Positions 1 through 6,037 of a DNA stretch of 12,635 nucleotides are shown piece by piece. Origin of the DNA: Candidatus Altiarchaeales archaeon IMC4 (lineage in GTDB: Archaea > Altiarchaeota > Altiarchaeia > IMC4). The translations under genes were made by a program, and so were the position numbers. The notes beneath the pieces were generated by a model that worked only from the letters and a program-made list of their open reading frames with translations, was not told where the DNA came from and made no database searches. Within the stretch, counting starts at the first letter, position 1. Each line of letters starts with the position of its first letter. The stretch lies in the NCBI GenBank assembly GCA_001742785.1, contig MCBF01000001.1, positions 281,454 to 294,088 of the forward strand. The letters run 5' to 3'.

Positions 1-262
1 TAAAAATCCTGTCAATGTCTGGTGTAAACTCAAGCAGTACGGCTTTAGACTGCCGTATTATATCTGCCGGGTGCTTTTTGTATCTTTTCTCTATCAGCCG
101 CATCAGCGTAACATAAGCAAGTTCGTCCAAAGTCATGCAACTTGTGACACCCGAATGTTCGCCGGAATGTATCTTTTCAAATACTTTTTTTACCCCCTCA
201 GAATAATCCCTGTGCTCAAAAAAGAGAAAATAAAACGCATTCGTATCCAGATATACTTTCAT
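1..262 (-). CDS. vapC: PIN-domain (VapC-like) toxin, runs off the window edge
   Basis: Manual translation from ATG at 262: MKVYLDTNAFYFLFFEHRDYSEGVKKVFEKIHSGEHSGVTSCMTLDELAYVTLMRLIE... It has the PIN start motif YLDTN and the TS..TLDE motif, and overlaps the upstream AbrB gene by ATGA. Not in the ORF track. Confidence 0.9.
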   Translation of the reverse strand, partial: MKVYLDTNAFYFLFFEHRDYSEGVKKVFEKIHSGEHSGVTSCMTLDELAYVTLMRLIEKRYKKHPADIIRQSKAVLLEFTPDIDRIF

Positions 263-489
263 CTTTCATATTTTGCGATTAAACCCTTGACATCAACTGT
301 TTCATCGTCGCTGCCGAGAAACCCTGCCATTGTTAGCGGCTCAGCCATCTTTGGTTTTATAATCATCTCGTTTTCCATAGCAATAATGATCATCTCATCG
401 CCTTTGTGCAGGTTCATCAAAGACCTGACCCCGGACGGTATCGTCATCTGCCCACGATCCTTTAATTCAGCATTCACGATTAATTCCAT
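259..489 (-). CDS. AbrB/MazE/SpoVT-family antitoxin (VapB-like)
   Basis: MELIVNAELKDRGQMTIPSGVRSLMNLHKGDEMII matches the AbrB signature (RGQ.TIP..R....GD). ATG at 489 is preferred over GTG at 498. Coupled to the PIN gene. Confidence 0.9.
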   Translation of the reverse strand: MELIVNAELKDRGQMTIPSGVRSLMNLHKGDEMIIIAMENEMIIKPKMAEPLTMAGFLGSDDETVDVKGLIAKYER

Positions 490-527
490 TCTAACCACGT
501 AAATATATTGTCAGACATATTTAAATA

Positions 528-1244
528 TTATCCGAAACTATCTTGAAATGTCTGATTTAAAAGATTTTTTAATTCCCCCGCAGACTTGCTCATCTGGAAC
601 TTCGCCCCATGATGCCTTTGCTCGATTTCGTTTATCAGATTTTTTATCGCCGCGTGCAGCGAATCCTTCAGGGCGGACTTGGCAAATACTATCTCATTTA
701 TCATGGCAAAACGCAGCACCTCCTCATCCGAGCAGTCCCGCAGCGGATTTATTATTATAGGGGGGCTGGTCCGGATTGCAGGCTTCATACCAACGGACAC
801 CAATCTCCCGATGGCAGAAACCACTCCCTCGTCGAGGTCGTGCCCGACCGCAATTTTGGTGGCATTCAGTTTTTCTGATTCGGTGTCGAGGGTTTCGGAC
901 ACACCGCCTGCCGAACCCGGAATCACATAATGCTTCACATCAAGTTTCCTGCAGAGATTCTTCGCATACTTCAAACCCTCCATATCCCCCTCATAAACAG
1001 TTATCGCAAAAAGCCCCTGCATCGGGAACATGAGGTTCACATTTTTCAGAAGGTAAAGCAAAACCGCAGATTTCTTGCCGCCGGAGACGGCGACTGCTAT
1101 CCTGTCGTCGTGCCTCAGAAGCCGGTTGGTTCTGATGGTTTTGCGGACGCGTTTTTCGAACATTTCATTAAAGCACATTGCACACATGGATTCGCCGCGA
1201 TATTCCAGCTCAACGGGGGCAGGTTTTCCGCATTTGCATTTCAT
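528..1244 (-). CDS. TtuA/NcsA/TtcA-family PP-loop protein with degenerate catalytic motifs
   Basis: N-terminal Zn finger MKCKCGK...CAMCF, KRVRKTIR, IAVAVSGGKKS (canonical SGGKDS), IAVGHDLDE, INPLRD. Start placed at the MKCKC ATG (1244). Confidence 0.8.
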   Translation of the reverse strand: MKCKCGKPAPVELEYRGESMCAMCFNEMFEKRVRKTIRTNRLLRHDDRIAVAVSGGKKSAVLLYLLKNVNLMFPMQGLFAITVYEGDMEGLKYAKNLCRKLDVKHYVIPGSAGGVSETLDTESEKLNATKIAVGHDLDEGVVSAIGRLVSVGMKPAIRTSPPIIINPLRDCSDEEVLRFAMINEIVFAKSALKDSLHAAIKNLINEIEQRHHGAKFQMSKSAGELKNLLNQTFQDSFG

Positions 1245-1269
1245 GATTAATACTGATGGTCGGTTAAAA

Positions 1270-2307
1270 TTACACAATCATCCCGAATCCGATAATCCAA
1301 AGGGGCAGTGTAATGAACGCCCACAATTTCTTGCTGTATCGGAATATGTGGTATCCGTCAACAGGCTCCATTGGAAACAGATTATCCAGGGCATAAGCAA
1401 CATTTAATACTGCGAGGATATGCATCATAATCCGCATGGTTTCCCCGACCGGTATAAAATAGAGAACGGCGGTGGTCACCGAGAAGACTAATAGGTTGGC
1501 ATAAGGCCCGGCCAGTGCTATCCCCACTAATTTATCCTTTTCAATATCTTTTGTTTTTATCCCCATAACCGAGGCGAATACATCCTGCAGTAAAATTGCA
1601 ACGCCAATGACTAAGCCCAAACCCAGCACCCAAGGCTCAAACTCCAGTTTTTTGTTATACCTGCGTGCAATCAGGGTTTGTGACAGGTTGTGTACCAAGA
1701 TAACAATCAGGGCAACAATAAACGAGAGAAACGCAAATAATGGCGTTGGAATACCCTCGTGCTTAAAAAGCAGGACCGACACTAAACAAAGCACCATGCC
1801 GGAAAATATCAACTGGATTTTAGCAGGAATCCGAATTAACTTTCCAGACGCTCCCATTGGCTTAAAAAAGCCTCTTGCCACATCCTTGATATCATCCCAT
1901 GGCGCGGGTATTCTTCCCTTAGGCATAAGGTGAATTTTCACCAGAATATCGGATACAAACACCATTATGTAGATAACGGCTCTACTAACTAATTGCTGTA
2001 TAAGGGGTATTTGAAATAACCAGACAACCAAGCGAATCCCTATCCGAGGAGCGGCGCGCGCCTTTATTCGGGGAAGCAATCTAGGAATTACTCTGGCAAA
2101 CGTGCGGGCTCCAAGGTGCTGAGCCGTTCGTACGCCTATTCCGCCAAATATTCTGCCGCCAGTAGTTCCAACTATTCTTCCAGAGAGGGCGGTTAACGCG
2201 GCTACAGTCCCTCCGGAAAGCAACTCCTCTTCCTGTGAAGTGTACAATACCCCCATAAAAAACGTAAGGGGTATCATAACCAGGGTTATTATGATTATCT
2301 TGTTCAT
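1270..2307 (-). CDS. Membrane protein with a C-terminal site-2 protease (M50)-like domain, zinc motif degenerate
   Basis: Multiple hydrophobic segments; IALAGPYANL and NLFPMEPVDG are M50 motifs; the HExxH position reads HNLSQ. Confidence 0.75.
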   Translation of the reverse strand: MNKIIIITLVMIPLTFFMGVLYTSQEEELLSGGTVAALTALSGRIVGTTGGRIFGGIGVRTAQHLGARTFARVIPRLLPRIKARAAPRIGIRLVVWLFQIPLIQQLVSRAVIYIMVFVSDILVKIHLMPKGRIPAPWDDIKDVARGFFKPMGASGKLIRIPAKIQLIFSGMVLCLVSVLLFKHEGIPTPLFAFLSFIVALIVILVHNLSQTLIARRYNKKLEFEPWVLGLGLVIGVAILLQDVFASVMGIKTKDIEKDKLVGIALAGPYANLLVFSVTTAVLYFIPVGETMRIMMHILAVLNVAYALDNLFPMEPVDGYHIFRYSKKLWAFITLPLWIIGFGMIV

Positions 2308-3305
2308 CCTAACTTCGCAGCCGCGCCCCTGACGAATGCACGCGCCTTTTTGTGCGTGCAGATTATATGCCTGATTGCTTCCTTATCGGCATCCATAAGG
2401 CACTGGATCCTTGGAGCGAAACCGCATTTGATATTTATCTTATCAGGATTCTTTTCCAGGTATTCCGCCCGCTCCATCGCCTCTTTTTTGCCCCCCTGTG
2501 AAAACGCTTCGGCAATCTGCAAAAGCGGCCTCATGTCTGAAGAAGACAAACCGATATTCGCGTAAGGCACGGAATACTCGTTGCCGTTGAACGCCACCGC
2601 AACCCCACCGCCGCGGCGAACCTCCCGGAGCATCTTGAAGTCAGTTATGCTGTCCCCGACCGCAATCACATCGCTTAGATTCGCCCCAGCGCGTTTTGCG
2701 GCATCCTTCATCGCATCGACCTTCCGCTGCCCGCCGGTTACCTTCACATCCCTTATAACCGAAAATTCGCCTTCTGGCAGTTCGTGCCAGTAAAAGTTAT
2801 CCAGAATCGAGTGGATTTGCTCCTCATCCTCCACCGAAAGTATCTTCTTTTCCACGTCCTTGATGAGCGAAAAATCGGAATCCTTGAACCTTTCGATGTA
2901 TTCGTCAAGCGGCAGTTTCGTGCAGTAGATGTGGTCGAGGCCAACCCCGACATGCGACCCGACATTATACGCGTGCGGCTGGTATGAAGTCGAAATGATG
3001 AAAACATCGAAGCCCGCTTTTTTCAGCCCGGCAATCGTTTCCTTTACCCCCTCGACAATCATCGCCTTTTGCGACACCTTTTTTATGTCGGCCTCGGTTA
3101 TCCCGTGATAAAGAAGGAGGGGTATTATCAAGGACAGGGTGTCGCCGGGCTCGTAGCCCTTTCTGCCCTCAAGCGTCAGGACATCGTCGTAGCGGCTCAG
3201 GACCTCGAATATCCGGTGGCCGTTTTCAACGAGGATGCCCATCACGTCATAAGCGTTGTCCTGCGGGGAAAGCGGCCCCTCAAGGTCGAAGCAGACTATT
3301 TTCAA
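2304..3305 (-). CDS. COG4030-type HAD-superfamily hydrolase (EhaR-like)
   Basis: FDLEGPLSPQDNA motif I, SRYDD, YEPGDTL, IISTSY motif II, K, VGDSITD motif IV, AFNGNEY. TTG start. Confidence 0.8.
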   Translation of the reverse strand: MKIVCFDLEGPLSPQDNAYDVMGILVENGHRIFEVLSRYDDVLTLEGRKGYEPGDTLSLIIPLLLYHGITEADIKKVSQKAMIVEGVKETIAGLKKAGFDVFIISTSYQPHAYNVGSHVGVGLDHIYCTKLPLDEYIERFKDSDFSLIKDVEKKILSVEDEEQIHSILDNFYWHELPEGEFSVIRDVKVTGGQRKVDAMKDAAKRAGANLSDVIAVGDSITDFKMLREVRRGGGVAVAFNGNEYSVPYANIGLSSSDMRPLLQIAEAFSQGGKKEAMERAEYLEKNPDKINIKCGFAPRIQCLMDADKEAIRHIICTHKKARAFVRGAAAKLG

Positions 3306-3338
3306 CTCGTTTAATCATTGCGAAGGTTAAAAGAAAAA

Positions 3339-4313
3339 TCACAGTTTCGCACCGGAAAGCGCTCTTGAGCAGACACAACCTCTCTTTTCAGGTATCTCCG
3401 GAAGCGCGTCCCGAAGTATTGCCTTCACGCCCCCGACATATTTTTCGACGCCCGCGATTATCTCATCGGCCGCCAGTTTTTCCTGAAGCCCTGCCGCGTA
3501 GTTCGTGCCGATCGCGATCGTCGAGTAGCACATCTCAAGCTCCCGTGCCAGGATCGCTTCGGGGACTGAGGTCATGCCGACAACATCACACCCGAGTTTT
3601 CCGAATATTTCAATTTCCTTCGGCGTTTCAAGGCGCGGGCCGGAAACGCACACATACGCTCCCTCGGACGCCTTTACGCCGAGTTTCCTGCAGGATTTCA
3701 GTATCAATCCGTTAAGTTCGGGGCAGTACGGCTTTGACATATCCACATGCACCGGCTTGTCGTAGAACGTGCGGGTCTCTTTCGTGTGGTCAAAAAAGTC
3801 ATTCACGACAATTATCTTCTCCATGGACATGTTGATTATCCCGACCGAGCTTATCCCGATAATCCTGCCGACGCGGCACTTCTTCAGGGCGGCGATGTTT
3901 GCCTGAAAATTTATTTTGTGCGGCGCACAAGCAAATTTGCCATGCAAATTTGGTATCCCGAAATTACTACACGCGTTTGCGACAAAGTCGCAAACGGTGT
4001 CCTCGAAACTGCATTGCAGTTTCGGGACATCGTTTGCCTTTGGCAAACGCTTGTCATGTGAACACGCGTTTCCGAGTAATTGGAAACGGTGTCCTGCAAA
4101 TCTTCGATTTGCATGATCTGCGGATTCACGCGGATGTAATTTCGATGGAAATCTTTCCTTGCTGCCGTGGCGGTTGAGGAACACGACATCGCAACCTGCG
4201 AGTTTCCCGAAATCGGCCTCGACCGTGCCGTAATCTGTCTTTATTTTTTTCCGTTCAGCGTTGTCAAGAAATTCGCGAATCCCGCTTCCTGCGATTATCC
4301 CGATTGGGTTCAT
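3339..4313 (-). CDS. mtnP: MTA/MTI phosphorylase (MTAP/purine nucleoside phosphorylase family) with a 74-aa in-frame insertion
   Basis: IGIIAGSG, FLNRHG...APHKINFQANIAAL, HVDMSKPYCP, GPRLETPKE, DVVGMT..PE..LARELEMCY, TNYAAG. About 250 aa once the insertion is removed. Start taken at MNPIG (4313); 4319 is possible. Confidence 0.9.
   Translation of the reverse strand: MNPIGIIAGSGIREFLDNAERKKIKTDYGTVEADFGKLAGCDVVFLNRHGSKERFPSKLHPRESADHANRRFAGHRFQLLGNACSHDKRLPKANDVPKLQCSFEDTVCDFVANACSNFGIPNLHGKFACAPHKINFQANIAALKKCRVGRIIGISSVGIINMSMEKIIVVNDFFDHTKETRTFYDKPVHVDMSKPYCPELNGLILKSCRKLGVKASEGAYVCVSGPRLETPKEIEIFGKLGCDVVGMTSVPEAILARELEMCYSTIAIGTNYAAGLQEKLAADEIIAGVEKYVGGVKAILRDALPEIPEKRGCVCSRALSGAKL
3930..4151. 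mobile_element. Composite of nested hairpin elements inserted in frame in MTAP (222 bp)
   Basis: Hairpins at 3932-3952, 3974-3996, 4004-4024, 4031-4049, 4067-4088 and 4095-4113; CACGCG at 3970, 4063 and 4127; outer arms CGAAATTAC (3959-3967) and GTAATTTCG (4136-4144). It splits the RHG-x5-(A/P)PH motif. Exact boundaries are inferred from motif spacing. Confidence 0.8.
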
Positions 4314-4326
4314 AATCATCTGTTAA

Positions 4327-4584
4327 CTACTGGCACGCATCATCATGATGTTTAAAAGAACAGAACGTAACAACGTTTCCGGCTATTCTAAAGGAGATTA
4401 CAAAAGAGCCGACATGCGCGCGCCGTTTGTTTTTGTGTTTTCCACGAAGCGGTTTGTAATGTTCCGGGTTTTTGAGTATTTCGTCGATTTTCTTTTCAAG
4501 CCGCGCAAGAAGGGATATGTCTTCTCTTTTCAGCCGCTTTACATTTTCTAGAAACTCATCCGCATAGTCCTCGACATAATGCAT
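4327..4584 (-). CDS. relE: RelE/ParE/YafQ-family toxin
   Basis: KKIDEILKNPEHYKPLRG..KNKRRAHVGSFVISF...FKHHDDA is typical of archaeal RelE-like toxins. ATG at 4584 lies 1 nt after the partner's stop codon. Confidence 0.9.
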   Translation of the reverse strand: MHYVEDYADEFLENVKRLKREDISLLARLEKKIDEILKNPEHYKPLRGKHKNKRRAHVGSFVISFRIAGNVVTFCSFKHHDDACQ

Positions 4585-4585
4585 T

Positions 4586-4831
4586 TTACAGGGACATGAA
4601 AAGTTCACGCCTTTCCCCTGCAGTATTGCAGCGGGTTACCCTGCCTGCTTTTATGTCCTCATCGGCGCGCTCGAGACTCGCCATGAACGCAGGGTCATTG
4701 TAGATGAGCAGTTCGTCCTTCAACTTCTCAAGGTCTTTCATTCTCGTGTTTGCCTTTGTTATGAACTCCTCGAAATCATTTATCATGCCCAGCATGGGGT
4801 TTTCATGTTTGTGGCGTAGGATTGTTTCCAT
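4586..4831 (-). CDS. Putative antitoxin for the RelE-like toxin
   Basis: 81 aa immediately upstream of relE; C-terminal DPAFMASLERADEDIKAGRV is typical of RelB/Phd-like antitoxin tails. Confidence 0.8.
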   Translation of the reverse strand: METILRHKHENPMLGMINDFEEFITKANTRMKDLEKLKDELLIYNDPAFMASLERADEDIKAGRVTRCNTAGERRELFMSL

Positions 4832-4857
4832 CTTCTAATCATAACTCAGATTCAGGG

Positions 4858-4874
4858 CTTAAAAATTATCGGTT
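4858..4874 (-). promoter_or_regulatory. Putative BRE/TATA promoter of the antitoxin-relE cassette
   Basis: Minus strand AACCGATAATTTTTAAG ends 27 nt before the ATG at 4831, consistent with a leaderless archaeal transcript. Confidence 0.65.
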
Positions 4875-4885
4875 TTCAAGTCTTC

Positions 4886-4940
4886 CGCGTGAATCAAATA
4901 GATTCATCGGACACCGTTTGCGACCCGTCGCAAACGCGTG
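4886..4940. mobile_element. Two-hairpin mini-element with CGCGTG direct repeats
   Basis: CGCGTG at 4886-4891 and 4935-4940 flank TGAATC/GATTCA and CGTTTGCGAC/GTCGCAAACG hairpins. Absent from the paralogous leader copy; its reverse complement matches units within the MTAP insertion. Confidence 0.75.
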
Positions 4941-4955
4941 TCGGGTCTTCAAGTC

Positions 4956-5019
4956 TTCTTGTCGTAGTATAAAGTATAACTTTATACTCGACACAAATTT
5001 CCTTCGGAAATTTCTTGTC
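4956..5019. mobile_element. Two-hairpin mini-element with TTCTTG(TC) direct repeats
   Basis: TTCTTGTC at 4956 and 5012 flank GTATAAAGT-ata-ACTTTATAC and AAATTTCC-ttc-GGAAATTT. Confidence 0.75.
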
Positions 5020-5143
5020 TTCACCGCAGAGGCGCAGATGATTGACAACAATTTTGCACTTTGAAATTTTAGAAAATGTCCTCGGTTTTCAGGCCATAGG
5101 AATAATCAGGAACATGTCGGCAGAATGGTTGGGATTTGTTACT

Positions 5144-5580
5144 TCACTCGGCCTCAAGAACGCCTTCTTTAAATTTGAGATTTACATTAAAATGCCTGAG
5201 GAAACTAAGGCCCAAAAGACCCTCAATTTCTACAACCTCGAGTATATCGTGGCAGATTACGTCTACATTCTTGTCGTAGTATAAAGTATAACTTTATACT
5301 CGACACAAAAATTAATCTGCGATTAATTTTTCTTGACTTTAAGATTGCCGATAGACATTGACTGCACTGCAATTAACGGCACATCTATCGGCCCGTTTGC
5401 AGTAACGACACTCGCCCTCTTTTCTGTTACTGCAAGGTCTTAGCCAATATCCTTCATGATGTCCCAAGAAACAGCAGTGTACATGGCACCTGTATCCAAG
5501 AGCATATCACATTCTCTCGAACCTTTTGGGCCCGTGAGTTTTACCCTCAACACTACAGGAACGTCAATTGGGAATTTCAT
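5144..5580 (-). pseudogene. Retropepsin-like (clan AA) aspartyl protease, disrupted
   Basis: Reconstructed: MKFPIDVPVVLRVKLTGPKGSRECDMLLDTGAMYTAVSWDIMKDIG*DLAVTEKRASVVTANGPIDVPLIAVQSMSIGNLKVK|NVDVICHDILEVVEIEGLLGLSFLRHFNVNLKFKEGVLEAE*. It has the LDTGA, TANG and GLLGLSFL motifs, a premature TAA at 5440-5442 and a 62-bp frameshifting insert. Confidence 0.9.
5268..5335. mobile_element. Two-hairpin mini-element (62-bp net insertion) with TTCTTG duplication
   Basis: TTCTTG at 5268-5273 and 5330-5335. Removing the insert plus one copy restores ...AAA GTC AAG AAT GTA GAC (KVKNVD) and the protease reading frame. Confidence 0.9.
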
Positions 5581-5797
5581 TGAACATTGCGGAATATCCA
5601 GGTTTAATAACCGGGCCTGCGTATGTTACGTATGCATCCTTTACGTGTTTTTCCCTTAACTCTCTGTGAAGGTCTCTCCTGTCTTTGTTATGGGTTATCA
5701 GTTCCGCTTCTGTGACTTCTCTATTTTCGTTCTCCTTCAGAACCTTCGCGGCAATCCATTCGCCGTGATACTTTTTCTTCAGGGTTTCGATGTCCAT
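5564..5797 (-). CDS. Small DUF5678-like protein, partner of the aspartyl protease
   Basis: LKKKYHGEWIA N-terminal motif, 77 aa; overlaps the protease start. Confidence 0.7.
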   Translation of the reverse strand: MDIETLKKKYHGEWIAAKVLKENENREVTEAELITHNKDRRDLHRELREKHVKDAYVTYAGPVIKPGYSAMFNEIPN

Positions 5798-5819
5798 CTT
5801 GTTATAACTGTTGGATTTC

Positions 5820-5992
5820 GGGCTTAAAAATTATCGGTTTTCAAGTCTTCGTGTCCTGTTGTCTTCAAGTCTTCTTGTCGTTGTATAAAGTATACTTCGT
5901 ATACTTATACTCGACACAAATTTCCTTCGGAAATTTCTTGTCTTCACCGCAGAGGCGCAGATGATTGACAACAATTTTGCACTTTGAAATTT
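5820..5992. repeat. Leader/promoter direct repeat, copy 2 (of 4855-5069)
   Basis: Direct sequence match; contains the same TTCTTGTC-flanked element (5872-5942) with a longer first hairpin. Confidence 0.95.
5823..5839 (-). promoter_or_regulatory. Putative BRE/TATA promoter of the DUF5678-protease cassette
   Basis: The identical AACCGATAATTTTTAAG ends 26 nt before the ATG at 5797. Confidence 0.65.
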
Positions 5993-6023
5993 ACATTTTT
6001 CAATTTTAAAAAAATCTTCTGTT

Positions 6024-6037
6024 CCGATTGGGTTCAT
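6024..6037 (-). repeat. 14-bp duplicate of the MTAP gene start (ATGAACCCAATCGG)
   Basis: CCGATTGGGTTCAT occurs at 4300-4313 and 6024-6037. Confidence 0.8.

Larger units (their letters stand above)
4855..5069. repeat. Leader/promoter direct repeat, copy 1 (of 5820-5992)
   Basis: GGGCTTAAAAATTATCGGTTTTCAAGTCTTC ... GCACTTTGAAATTT is shared with 5820-5992; differences are mainly in the hairpin modules. Confidence 0.95.

Noticed and set aside
71..502. 143-aa plus-strand ORF and other short antisense ORFs in the track
   Set aside because: They are shadows of well-supported genes on the opposite strand or in another frame.
3930..4151. Intein in MTAP
   Set aside because: Only 74 aa, no C/S start with HN-C/S/T end, and fully explained by palindromic DNA.
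4866..5051. ORFs 4866-5051 and 5831-6037 that share peptide sequence (and 4822-5064)
   Set aside because: They are translations of the duplicated hairpin-rich leader and overlap the promoter; no protein-family features.
5042..5284. 80-aa plus-strand ORF (also 5456-5659)
   Set aside because: Antisense to the aspartyl protease pseudogene, which explains the sequence.
5440..5442. Stop-codon recoding in the protease
   Set aside because: TAA is used as a normal stop in other genes here, and the gene also carries a frameshifting insert; simple pseudogenisation (likely from a Tyr codon) is more parsimonious.
3930..5992. CRISPR array interpretation of the repeated palindromes
   Set aside because: No constant-length identical repeats with unique regular spacers; copies are in both orientations, nested and irregularly spaced; no cas genes.
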